Shown in pieces: positions 24,770-36,917 of a stretch of DNA of 64,000 bases (its first letter is position 1; each line of letters begins with the position of its first letter). The notes beneath the pieces were generated by a model, which made no database searches, was not told where the DNA came from, and was given only the letters and a program-made list of their open reading frames with translations. This DNA comes from Mobula birostris (lineage: Eukaryota), in NCBI RefSeq assembly GCF_030028105.1, contig NC_092383.1, positions 11,051,796-11,115,795 on the forward strand, written 5' to 3'. A program made the position numbers and the translations under genes.

Positions 24770-25224
24770 TCTTGTTTTAAAATACAAACTCATAAAAGAC
24801 ACCAATCTGACCATAAGTACAAGCCCGATCCAGTTTTAGAGTCAGAGTCCCACAAATTAAGTTACGACTGATCCATTTTTACAGATAGGGCAATCCATAA
24901 TAACCATCTGGATATAATATTACAGGATAAATGAGCAAGAACAACTTAATTGATATAACTATTCCAAGCATACATAAACTGAAAGACTTTGGAACATGAA
25001 CATTGTCCCAATAGTAATATCTACAACTTGTATCATCCCAAAATCACTGCACAATAGCATTAAAAATTAGGCCTACGTGGGAATATTTATGTAAATCTTC
25101 ATAAAGCCACAATACTAAACATTCCTACAATAGTCCAAAAGGTCCTAGCAATTAAGGTGCTTGGCTATGCCCCTACCTCAGGTTTTACCAGCTTGAGCTG
25201 ACAAAAAATAAAAATAATAGTAAT
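24770..25224 (+). mobile_element. R4/Dong-clade RLE non-LTR retrotransposon, copy A (short)
   Basis: YKPDPVLESESHKL.YD.SI.TDR.I.NN..DII..DK remnant, same 3' UTR as copy B, A/TAA-rich tail. Confidence 0.75.
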
Positions 25225-25886
25225 GTTAGAGCTCAAAAATAAAAATTTAACAAAACCAGTGAACACTTTCACTCTACCCATGTGATTTTGGATGATACAA
25301 GTTTGGCATAATATCTTGGTCTGAAATCAATCTGGAAAACTTACAAAGAAAAATAAGAACTGTAATGACAGATTTTAGAAAGCACGATGTACACTTGAAT
25401 GGACTTAGGACAGAAGGAAGTAGAAGAATAACAGACATAAAAAATTTACCCAACAGCCAGATAAAACTTTAAAGGATATATTTTCATTAATGAAAACAGG
25501 ATTCAACACTGCATGTGAGCATATGCAATTCTGAAAAGAAGTAGACACCACGAAACTTAAATAAAGCACAATCTAGAAAATTGAAGAAATTATCACGACA
25601 GAGGAAAAAAGTTAACCAATGGAAGAACAAAATCCCATGGAAGACATCCCATGATCTGAACAGACTAGATATCAACAAGGATGCGACGAACGCCTGGCTC
25701 AGAGTTGAAGACTTCTCCCAGAAACAGAAGGGTTCCTTGTGGCAATACAGGACCAGGTGGTTAACACAAAAAATTGTCAAAATACGTTGTAAAAGACCAA
25801 CAAATTCAAAATGATAAATGCAGAAAATGCAGAGGAAAAAAACGAACAATTCAACATATAATAGGATCCTGCAGCAGTTTAACTCA

Positions 25887-26066
25887 AACACGAGGAAATC
25901 TGCAGATGCTGGAAATTCAAGCAACACACATAAAAGTTGCTGGTGAACGCAGCAGGCCAGGCTGCATCTCTAGGAAGAGGTACAGTCGACGTTTCGGGCC
26001 GAGACCCTTCGTCAGGACTCCCCCTCCCACTTTCAAATCTCTTACTAGCTCTTCTTTCAGTTAGTC
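25887..26066 (-). mobile_element. Penelope pLTR insert with inverted 5' piece
   Basis: 12-bp TSD CAGTTTAACTCA (25875-25886 / 26067-26078); removing it restores the host frame GSCSSLTQSDYLHRQNQVA. Confidence 0.9.
25983..26019 (-). ncRNA. Minimal type I hammerhead ribozyme motif (Penelope-associated)
   Basis: Minus strand AGUC-CUGACGA-A-GGGU CUCG GCCC-GAAACGUC-GACU: core boxes, GUC cleavage triplet, ACGU palindrome and helix I AGUC/GACU. One extra A follows the CUGANGA box. Confidence 0.7.
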
Positions 26067-26996
26067 CAGTTTAACTCAGTCTGATTACTTACATAGGCAG
26101 AATCAAGTGGCAAACACCATTCACCAAAATCTTGTTTTAAGATACATACACATAAAAGACACCATACCTTACTATAAATGGAAGCCTGATCCAGTTTTAG
26201 GGTCAGAGTCCCATGAATTATATTACAACCAATCCATTATTACAGATAGGACAATCCAAAGTAGCCTACCGGATATAATATTACAGGATAAACAAGCAAG
26301 AACAACTTCCTTAATGGATATAGTCGTTTCAAACGTACATAACGTACAGAAATCAGTAAGTGAAAAACACCACAGGAATATGTTGAATTAAAGAGGAAAT
26401 TGGAAGACTATGGAACATGAACAGGGTCAATAGAAATATCTACAACTGGTATCATCCCAAAGTCACTACACAATAGCATTAAACAATTAGGCCTACACCA
26501 TAATATTTATGTAAATCTTCAGAAAACCACAATACTAAACACCACTAGAATAGTCTGAAAGTTCCTAGCAATTCACAAGAGAGTGTGCTTGGCTATGCCC
26601 ATACCTCAGGCTTTTCCAGCTTGAGCTGTGAAAAATAAAAATAAAACAATAATAATAATCCTCACATGCACAAGGTGATGCATTTTGAAGGCCATGTGAG
26701 GGTAGGACATTTATCGTCAATTGTAGGGCACGAAGAAATGTTGATGAACAGAGGGACATTGAGGTTCAAGTGCATTGTTCTTTGAAAGTGGCAGCACAGG
26801 TAGAGAGGATGGTGAAGAATGCATATGATATGCAGGCCTTTATTGATCAGGGAACAGAAGATAAAAGTTGGAATGTTATGTGGCAAAGTTACAAAGCACT
26901 GATTCAAACACGTTTGGAGTATCGTGTACATTCTTGAAGTATGGAAACCCTTTGCACTATAGTAAGGCTGGTAATTGTTGCAAATGCTTCAGTCAT

Positions 26997-27366
26997 TCAT
27001 TATGTGCTGTGCCTATAATATAGGCGATCATGGTCTTTCAATGACCACGATTATTCTTGGCAAATTTATCTACAGAAGTGGTTTGCCATTGTCTTCTGGG
27101 TAGTGTCTTTACAAGATGGGTGGCCCCAGCCATTATTAATACTGTTCAGAGATTGTCTGCCTGGCATCAGTGGTCGCATAACCAAAACTTGTGATATGCA
27201 CCAGCTGCTCATACGACCATCCACCACCGGCTCCCATGGCTTCACATGACCCTGGTCGGGGGGGCTAAGCAGGTGCTGCACCTTGCCCAAGGGTGACCTG
27301 TAGGCTAGCGGAGGGAAGGAACGCCTTACACGTCCTTTGGTAGAGAGGTATCTCCACCTCACCTCC
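26997..27366 (-). mobile_element. RTE-type non-autonomous element (near full length)
   Basis: Family match to 39122-39461. Confidence 0.75.
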
Positions 27367-27574
27367 CTGTGTTTAGCTAGGAATATGAGAACAGGAGAAG
27401 TCAATTCAGAAACTGAACTACATCTGCAGTAGAACAAAAATAGTGTGTTTGCTAGGGCAGCTCAGAAATTCAGCTTTCTGGAGTGAATACCTTATTTGTT
27501 CAGTTTCCAAATCAAGTTTTGTCATCAAAAAGGCACAGATCTAGAGTGTGATTCACTTGCCTAGATGAATGCAT

Positions 27575-29770
27575 AGAACGTGGAACAGAGAACAAGACTG
27601 CACAGTACAGGGCCTTCAGCCCATGATACTATGCCGACCTTTAAACCTACTCCAAGATCAATTTAATCCTTCTCTTTCACATAGCGCTTCAGTTTTCTTT
27701 CATCCATTTGCCTTTCTAAGAGTCTCTTAAATGTCTCTAATGTTCTTGCACCTACAACCACTCCTGCACTGAGTTCCATACAAATACCCGGCACTGTGTA
27801 AAAAAATAAATCTTTGACATTCTCCCTGTACTTTTCTCCACTCACCTTAAAATTATGCCCTCTTCTATTAGCCATTTCCATCTTGGGAAAAAGATATTGC
27901 CTGTCCACTCTACCTATGCCTCTTATCATCTTACACAACTCTATCATGTTCAACCTTCCAAAGTGTATCACTTCACACTTTACTGCATTGGCTCCATCTG
28001 CTACTTATCAGTCAAGCTCTGTCACATGTCACATCCCATTGTAAGTAACGACAACCCTTTGCACTATCCATAACACCACCAGCCTTTGTTTCATCTGCAA
28101 ACTTACTGACCCACCTTCCACTTCCTTACCTAAGTCATTTATAAAAATCACAAAGAGCAGGGCTCCCAGAACAGATCTGTGCACAACATCACTAGTTGTG
28201 GATTTCCAGGCAGAATATGCTCCATTTACTATCATCCTCTGCCTTCTGTGGGCAGCCCAATTCCAAATTTGAAACCGTACAGCACAGTTTCCCTGGATCC
28301 CATGTCTCTTGATGCTCTGAGTGGCTGTAACATTGGAAGCCTTGAGAAACGCCTTACTAAAATCCATATAAATTATATCCACCACTCTCCCTTCATCATC
28401 TGTTTTGTCACTTCCTTGAAAAGATCACCTCACAGTCATGCTGACGATCTTTAATTAGACTATGCTTCTCCAAATATTGTCTTTAAGAATCCTCTCCATT
28501 GATGCCAGACTTAGTGGTCTATAATTCCCAGAATTATCCCTATTAACTTTCTTGAGCAAAGGAATAACATCTGCCATTCTCCAATCTTTTGATACTACAC
28601 CTGTGGCCAGTGAGGACTCAAAGGTCATCACTGACAGAGCAGCAGACTCTTCCTTCACATCCTATAGTAACCTGGGGTATGTCCCGTCCAATCCTGGGAC
28701 GAATCTATTCTAATGTTTTTCAGAAGTTCCAACACTGCCTTTTCTTAACCTTGACATGTTCCAGACATTAATCTGTTCTACGCTGACCTCACATTCATCA
28801 AGGTCTCCCTCATTGGTGAATACTGAAGTAAAATATTCATTAAGGGCCTTTCCTACCTCCTCTGACTTCAGACGCATGTTCCTTTTTTTCGATCAAGTCG
28901 GCCCTACCCTCACTGTAGTTATCCTCCTGGTCTTTAAGTTTTATGTTGAACACCTTGGAGTTTTCCCAAATCCTACTCACCAAGGCCTTCTCATGGCCCC
29001 TTACGGCTGATTTATACTTCTGCGTCAAATTGATGCCATAAGTACAGCGTAGCCGCGAACCCTACGCGGATCCCTGCGCCGTAGCCTGACGTGCACCTCT
29101 CCTAAAATGTAACTATGCATTACGGCGATGCAGACCACAACAACTGTGATTGGTCTGCTCTGTAGCATCGCATTTCCTCCAACGTTGCAATAGCTTGCCA
29201 TTGGGCGACTGAAGGGCAGGGAAGGAACTCTGGCTGCAGTGCTTTCCATAAAGCTTTACAGACCTCCGAAATTATGGAGGATACATTTCCCTTTAATGAA
29301 AAAAGACGCTCGCTTTAAACTTGTTTACCCTGAGAAAGACTACCATGACCATGAAGCCTTGCGTGGGCAGGTGTGTGTGTGCATGCGCGACGTGCCCGAA
29401 TTGCAGAGCGACGCAGACACACCAACACTCAAGTATAAGTGCTCACAATGCGCGTAGGCCACTTGCGTAGGTTACGGCGTCGAGTTAACACACAAGTATA
29501 AATCAACCTTAAGTCCCTTCTTAAGCTCCTTCCTGGCTACTTTATAACTTTCAAGAGCCCTGTCTGATCTTTGCTTCCAAAATTTTAAATATGTTTTCTT
29601 CGTCCTCTTGACTAAATGTTTCACCTCTCTTGTCAACCATGGTTCCTTCAATCTACCATCTTTTCCCTGCCCCAATGGGACATGCTTATCCAGAACTCCA
29701 TGCAAATGCTCCCTAAACAACCTCCTCATTTGCATTGTACATTTTCCTGACAATATCTGTTCCACATTCA
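27575..29770 (-). mobile_element. Mosaic of CR1 fragments (RT and 3' end), split by a MITE
   Basis: VDIIYMDFSKAF, DWRMADVIPLLKK..RDNSGNYRPLSL, EPWLTREVKHLVKR.KK.Y. Confidence 0.85.
29005..29508. mobile_element. CpG-rich ~500-bp MITE (PIF/Harbinger-like or TTAA-specific)
   Basis: About 24-bp TIRs GGCTGATTTATACTTCTGCGTCAA / TTAACACACAAGTATAAATCAACC; flanks TTAC / TTAA. Confidence 0.8.
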
Positions 29771-30796
29771 ATAAAAAAGCAATGGAGTGGGAATCTAGTG
29801 AACACCCACCGTAGTAGATCCTCACAGGAGCTGTATCCCAGCTTGGAGGAAAAGAAAACCAACTGGGGGAGGATGATGGGAATGGGAATAGCAGTTGAGG
29901 TTGTTTGAGAGACAATAAAACTGATTTATTTTATCAATTTAACAAAGATGCAAAGTGAGTCACTCCAGGAAAATTACTGAGCAGAGTTCTTCCCATCCAT
30001 TGCAGAACTGGAGCCTCACTGTCTGCCTGTGGCACCATGGTCGTGTGACCATGGGGAATCTTCTGAGTTATCAGCTATGCCATGGAGTGAAGAGGCTGCA
30101 GCAAGCCGATTGTTCCCGTGTAAAAGAAAATGAAGACAAATCCAAGGTGGCTGTCTTTCTTGAAAGCAACACTTCAAAGTGTCACCAAGGCCTTCTGGGG
30201 TAGTTCAGAAGTGAACGAGAACATTTTCTGCTTGGTGGTTTTAATAACTGTTCATTCTCTGTGCTGTAGTTGGAAGTGTAGAAGGGGTCATTTATTTTAA
30301 TCTTTACCAATTACCAACATAAGTTCCAGGGCTGCTTGCTGCTGCATCACTTCTAAGAAGAAAATGTCCCTCTCAGTTTAAAATACTCCTGGATTCTCTT
30401 GTCTTTTTTTACGTGATAGAATGGTGACATATTATGCACATGTTTGATGTGTGATTATGTATCATTCATCCCAGTTTTATGCACTGGATTCTTACAGACA
30501 AGGGAATTAAATGCATTGAAAGGTTGGTTGAGGTGGAGCTCGGTAAATGAATGGGGCCTGCATAATGCCAGGGTCAGGCGGAACCCAGCACTTATTATGG
30601 ATTGAACGACAAAGCAATTAGAATTACGAAAATTATTTCCATGGGGATCTATTCAATCACTAGAAATAACATTGAGAGAAGGGCCCAAAAACATCTGAGA
30701 ACATTTAGTGAAGGTTAAAAGAGACAAGAAGTGATATGCAGAGAATGTGGAAATTTACCTTTGAAAAATCGTTGAAGCCATTCATGACCATTTAGG

Positions 30797-31075
30797 ATGC
30801 TACGGTAGTGTAACGGTTAGCACAAGGCTGTTACAGCTCGGGGCATCAGAGTTTGGAGTTCAATTCCGCCGTCCTCTGTGAGAGGTTTGTACAACCCTCC
30901 CGTGATCTGTTGGGTTTCCTCACACGGTCCAAAGATGTGCTGGCTACGAGGTTAATTGGTCATTGGAAATCGTCCTGTGATTAGGCGAGAGTTAGATAAA
31001 TGTGTTGCTGGGTGCTGGTGCACCTCGTTGGGCTGGATGGCCCAGTTCCGTGCAGAATTTCTAAATAAGTAAATA
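30797..31075 (+). mobile_element. V-SINE
   Basis: tRNA-like head GGTAGTGTAACGGTTAG...GAGTTCAATTCCG and a TAAA tail. Confidence 0.7.
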
Positions 31076-31089
31076 AATCAATCAATGAA

Positions 31090-32560
31090 AGAGGGGAGGC
31101 TGGTTCCTGTAATGTGCCGAACTGTGACCACAACTCTCTGCAGTTTCTTGCGGTCATCTGCAGGGCAGCTGCCATTACCAAACAGTCATGCATCCAGATA
31201 GGATGCTTTATTTGGTGGCTTGACGAAAATTGCTGAGGGTCAACAGCGACATGCCCAATTTCGTTAGCCTCCTGAGAGAGTAGAGGTGTTGGTGAGCTTT
31301 CTTGGCCATGTCATCAACGTGGTTGGAGCAGGGCAGGCTATTGGTGATGTTCATTCTTAGTCAGCCTCAGCACTGTTGAAGGAGACTGGAGCATGTGCAC
31401 TGCCCCCCTTCCTGAAGTCAATGACCAGCTGACACTAAGGGAAAGGCTGTTGCTAGGATCTCTAGCTCCTTCCTGTACCCCAACTTGTTATTTGCGATAT
31501 TTATTTCTGAGAGCAATCAACCACTTCAGAAGTTCCTCCAGATACTCGCAGTTCCAATGAACAGACCACTCTGGGGAAATCTGTACCAAGCAAATGAGAG
31601 TACACAGAAACTGCTGTATTAATCGAGCTTTTTGCGAATGACCAAAGTTGCGACATCATGTTCTCTTGAACTAATCTTAATCATTGTTCTGCAATGTCAG
31701 TAAGGCCAAGGAGCTGATTATTAACTTCAGGTGGAGGAACTGGAGGTCCATGAGCCTGTACTCATGGGAGGATCAGAGACAGAGAGAGTCAGCAACTTTA
31801 AATTCATTGGTGTTATCATTTCAGAGAATCTGTCTTGGGCCCAGCACATAAGTGCAATTGCAAAAAAAGAGAGTGGCAGCATCTCTGCTTCCTTAGGAGT
31901 TTGCAAAGATTCGGCACGACATCTAAAACTTTGATAATATCTACTACAGATGCATGGTGGAGAATATCTTGACTGGTTCCATCATAGCCTGGTATAGAAA
32001 CACCAATGATCTTGAATGGAAAATCCTACAAATGTAGTGGATAAGGCTCAGTCCATCACGGGTAAAGCCTTCCCCACCACTGAGCACGTCCACACAGGGT
32101 GCTGTCACAGGAAAGCAGCATCCATCATCAAGGACCCCCACCATCCAGGCTGTGCTCTCTTCTCACTGCTGCCAACAGGAAGAAGGTACAGGAGCCTCAG
32201 GACCTACACCACCAGGTTCAGGAATAGTTACTACCCCTCAACCATCAGACTCTTGAACCAGTGGGGATAACTTCACTCGCTCCATCACTGAACTGTTCCT
32301 ACAACCTTTGGACTCACTTTCAAGGACTCTTCATCCAATGTTCTTGATACTTATTGCTGATTTATTTATTATTTTTATTTTTTTTTCTTTTGTATTTGCA
32401 CAGATGGCTCTTGCACATTGATTTGCCGCCCTGTTAGGTGTGTTCTTTCACTGAATCTGTTATGTTTCTTGGATTTACTGAGTATGCCCGCACGATAATG
32501 AATCTCAAGGTTGTATATGGTGACATATATATACTTAGATAATAAACTTACTTTGAACTT
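31090..32560. mobile_element. Rex1/Babar fragments (- at 31090-31500, + at 31690-32560)
   Basis: ERVSNFKFIGVIISENLSWAQHI and KAASIIKDPHHPG.ALFSLLPTGRRYRSLRT.TTRFRNSYYPSTIRLLN. Confidence 0.85.
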
Positions 32561-32624
32561 CGATGGATGCACCACTGAGTTGCTGTCATCTCCTGATGAT
32601 CCAGTGGACCTATCACCATCTACA

Positions 32625-32765
32625 ACCCTGTCCTAATGTAGGGTCTCGGCCCGAAACATCGACCGGTTACTCTTTTCCATAGTTGCCGCCTGGCCTGCTG
32701 AGTTCCTCCAGCATTTTGAGTGTGCTGTTCGGATTTCCAGCACCCACAGACTTCCTGCTGTTTGC
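32625..32765 (+). mobile_element. Penelope pLTR fragment (degenerate hammerhead)
   Basis: GTCCTAATGTAGGGTCTCGGCCCGAAACATCGAC...GGCCTGCTGAGTTCCTCCAGC. Confidence 0.75.
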
Positions 32766-33524
32766 AGTACAGCCCAACGTGCATTTGCGATACCCGATTC
32801 TCTTCCTTGATCTCTTCCGTACTCCTTGTTTAGTTGTCATTTTTTTTTTCCTATTTCATTCCAGGGATGAGTATTATTTCCAAGAACACAATTTGAAACA
32901 CTGTCATCTTCTGCCTCTCAAGGGACCCAGTGAGATTTGCGATAATTACTGTTGGCAGCACTTAAACCTAGAAAATTAAGCTAATTTTCATTGAAAGTGT
33001 GAGAAAAAAATAGTCCGATTCATTTTTTGATCAATTATCCCATATTAATGTACATCAGTATGACTGATTTTGATATACTTAATATTCAGATTAATACCAT
33101 TGAGGATGCTCATAATTAGTAGAAGGGGGTAATTAGAATACCTAACACAGGTGACAAAGACAGTTTAGTTACTGTACATCTTGATAATAATGCCTTGGTC
33201 ACTTGCTGATTTAATTTGCAGTTGAGATCAGTGTTTGAGGCAGATCTAAACTGGCAAGATTAATTTTGGATTAAACACTACAGCAAGCTGATGTTAACAG
33301 CAGCAGATAATCAGCCAATTGGCTGCATTAAATCCTGTATGCTCAAAGTCTCCAGAGCTCATACTGTATCACCTTTAGTTGGCTTGCCGCCTTTATACTG
33401 AGCAGATGGAGAATCAGGGGACATGATTGTCTACATGAGCAGCGTGCATTAGCTACTGGCAAATCTCACTGATAGTTTATGCTAGGGAGATAATTTCCTG
33501 AGATGGCTACTCTAGGCCAATGAT

Positions 33525-34190
33525 TCAAGATTGTTTAATGTCATTTCCAGTACACAATATGTAAAGGATTGTTACTCTGGATCTGATGCAGCATGTGATA
33601 AAAAACACACTAAGATAAAGAATATAACAATAAAGAGGCACACTAACTATAAATACAAGCATTAGGGCTCTGAAGAAGGGTCTCGGTCTGAAACATCGAC
33701 TGTTTCTTCTTTTCCATAGATGCTGCTTGGCCTGCTGAGTTCCTCCAGCATTTTGTGTTGTCTTGGATTTCTGCAGGTTTGCTCGTGTTTGTTACATAAG
33801 TTAGCTGATATACGTAGACTGATTACATGTAGACAAAGTGTCACGAGATGCAGGAGTGTCTGTACATAAGGTGACTCTGGCAGGAAATGATAAAGTAGTG
33901 GTGATGAGTGGAGTTCATGAGTGGAGGTGTTGATCAGCTTCACTGCTTGGGGAAAGTAACTGCTTTTGAGTCGAGTAGTCCTGGCGTGGATACTACATAG
34001 CCTCCTCCCCGATGGGAGTGGGGCAAACTGTCTATGAATAAGTGTCATGATACTGCTGGCCTTTTTCCAGCACCGTTCTGTCTAAGCGTCCTTGATGGCG
34101 GGTAGTCTGGTGCCAGTGATGCGTTAGACAGAGTCCACCGAAGGTTGGTGTTCCCAACTCTCTGCAGTTTCTTGCAGTCACGTGCACAGC
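33525..34190 (-). mobile_element. Rex1/Babar 3' fragment with nested Penelope pLTR (+, ~33667-33790)
   Basis: PLPSGRRLCSIHARTTRLKSSYFPQAVKLIN; nested CTGAAGAAGGGTCTCGGTCTGAAACATCGAC. Confidence 0.8.
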
Positions 34191-35689
34191 AGACTGCCAT
34201 GCCAAGTGCCTGTGTGAAGCTCGCCGTTCTCCTTGTGTCCACCTAGGCTTCCTCCAGATGCTCCAGTTTCCTCCCATAACTGCAAGACATGCAGGTTAAA
34301 TATGTGGAATTGGAATCCAGCCATGTCTTTCTGACCCAGGTGAGGAAATCATAACTTAGTTACACTGATCACCAGCGGGGAGCAGAAGTTTTCTGGCAGA
34401 GAGCCATACGTTGCTTATAGTGAGACTTTGAGTGATGTGGGTGGGACAGGGCTGGCAGTGTAAGAGGAAGTTTCATAAAGAACCCTGAACTTTTTATTAG
34501 GCTTCACTTACATAGGCAATGCTATCTCTCAATGATAACGTTCAGCTGCACCAGCCAGCCAAGCCCACTGGTGAAGAGCACCATGTTAAATCTATAGCAG
34601 CCCTTCTCCAAATGCCCGACAGACACAGCCTAATCCGAAGTATTGGTTTATTTAAGAGTGGGGGATGCCTGATGCATTTACACGAGAAGGATTTTCTTCT
34701 GAAGATGTTTTTTTTTAATGGGCTAAGCACTTTGAATCTGTTGCTATAGCAATAAGAACACGCCACTGATATTATTTGGTGACTGCAGGCAATGTTAACA
34801 GGCCAGCATGCCCACTGAATGTGTCACCGAAGCTGCAATATTACATCCCATTACAGCTGATGTTTCAATAATCCGAGGTGAAAACTAGCAATAATAAAAA
34901 CAAGAATGTACTCAGTGTTTAAAATATTATAGTTCGCAAACAAAATTCATGATTTTATGTTTTCCCATGATGAATAATTTGCAAATATGCCCTTCTCAGG
35001 AATTGAATGTTGTTGCTTTAATGTGGCATCAAGAACGTTATGAATTCATGCACTGATGCAGACATTCCTATGTAATATTCTGTTCAGATTTTCTGCTTAT
35101 CAGGGTGTTTGACCCTTGACGATGAAACAGTTCCCTGCTTTAAGCTCCCTAAAGGTCTTGTAGTAGCCGTTTTCAGGGTCATCGCCAGGCTGGGTATCTC
35201 ATCCCACCTCTGTCTTGCCCTCTCACGCTCTTGCAAGTGTAACTCAACCCTTTCCACCCTCTCCCACTAGATAGGTATCTCACTCCCAGCTTGCATATCT
35301 TACCATTCAAGACCACAAGAGATTCTGTAGTTGCTGGAAATCTTGAGTAACACATAAATAATTCCAGAAGAACTCAGCAGGTCAGGCAGCATCTATGGTG
35401 GGGCGGGGGGGAATAAACAGTTGAAGTTTCTTTTCTTCCAAAGTTCTCTGCCCTCTCCTATTAGACATCTTCTCCTTCAGCCCTTTACCTCTTCCACGTA
35501 TCACCTCCCAGCTTTGAACTTGGATTAAGTAAGTATCTTGGAATGTTTTCCATTCTCTGCACAGCCATCCGATTTCAAGGCCTTTTTGAGATTCAGATGA
35601 AAGTGGACAAATCACAGAAAACATTGGTTTCTATGAATGCTGCTTTAATGCAGATCCAAATAATAGTGGGAAGAGCATTGGGTCTGCCC

Positions 35690-35960
35690 TTCATGTTAAG
35701 GAAACCAGGTCCAGTGTTGCCTCAGCAGCCAGGGTATCAGAATGGCAGTGGGGGGGGGGGAATTCAATTCTTGGGTCTATGATCAGAATTTGATGCTCCA
35801 GTTTGGTGAGACCGTTCTCAAATTACTATTAGTGGAAGCTTGCTGTGCATAAATTGGCTGTTGCTTCCTGCAACGTGTCTTACGCACACATGAAAAGTAA
35901 TTCATTGCTTGCAAACTGCTTTTAAGTGTCCTAAGTGCTGAACTCTGAAATGGCCATGCT
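35690..35960 (+). mobile_element. Old DeuSINE (SacSINE1/AmnSINE1-like) remnant
   Basis: Tail TGGAAGCTTGCTGTGCATAAATTGGCTG...AAAAGTAATTCATTG. Confidence 0.5.
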
Positions 35961-36054
35961 TTGGAAGTGGTGATTTACTGGGCTCTCTCACAGGGATGTG
36001 ACGAGAGAAGAGCTGAGATATTGTCCCACTCAACGCACACAAGATGGTGGAGGA

Positions 36055-36790
36055 ATCAGGTTTAATTATCGCTGGCATATGTCGCGAAATTTGTTGTTTT
36101 GCGGTGGCAGTACATTGCAATACATAATGATAAAAAGTATAGAACATTCAATTAAATAAGTAGTGCTAAAAGAGAGCAAAAAGAAGAAAAAGAAAAAAAA
36201 CAGTGAGGTAGTGTACATAGGGTCAGGAATCTAATGGCAGAGGGCAAGAAGCTGTTCTTAAAGTGTTGTGTATGTGTCTTCAGGCTCCTATACCTCCTCC
36301 TTGATGGTGGTAATGAGAAGAGAGTACATCCTGGGTGATGGGGGTCCTTAAAGATGGATGCTGCCTTTTTGAGGATCGCCTTTTGAAGGCGTCCTGGATG
36401 CTGGGGAGGCTGGTGCTCATGATGGAGCTGGCTGAGGTTGCAACTTTCAGCAGCTTTTTCCGATCCTGTGCAGTGGACCCCCTTCCCCCCAAACCAGACA
36501 GTGATGCAACTGGATAAAATGCTCTTCTCAGTTCATCTGTGGAAAATTGCAAGGTTCTTTGGTGACAGAACAAGACTCCTCAAACTCCTAATGAAATGCA
36601 GGTGCTGCTGTGCTGTCTTTGTAATTGCATCAAAAAGTTGGACCAAGAGATGTTGACAACCAGGAACTTGAAATTGCTCACCCTTTCAACCGCTGATCCC
36701 TCAATGAGGACCGGTGTGGTGTTCCCTCAGCATCCCTTTCCTGAAGTCTACAATCAATTCCTTGGTATTATGGACGTTTTTTGCAAGGTT
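36055..36790 (-). mobile_element. Rex1/Babar fragment
   Basis: STAQDRKKLLKVATSASSIMSTSLPSIQD plus tail. Confidence 0.8.
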
Positions 36791-36917
36791 GTCCTCAGCA
36801 GGTCAGATAGGATCTGTGGAGAGGAATATACAGTCCCAGTGAAAGGTCTCTGCCTGAAATGTCGATAGGTTGTTGATGAGTTGGGCTGAAGACAATTTCC
36901 ATGCTGTATATCTCTAG

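Larger units (their letters stand above)
25225..26659 (+). mobile_element. R4/Dong-clade RLE non-LTR retrotransposon, copy B (interrupted by a Penelope insert)
   Basis: CCHC knuckle CRKC...TIQHIIGSC, then Y.HRQNQVA..IHQ, RLE motif LPDII.QDK...MDI and C-terminal GIIPKSL...LQKTTILNTTRIV; ends in (TAA)n. Confidence 0.8.
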
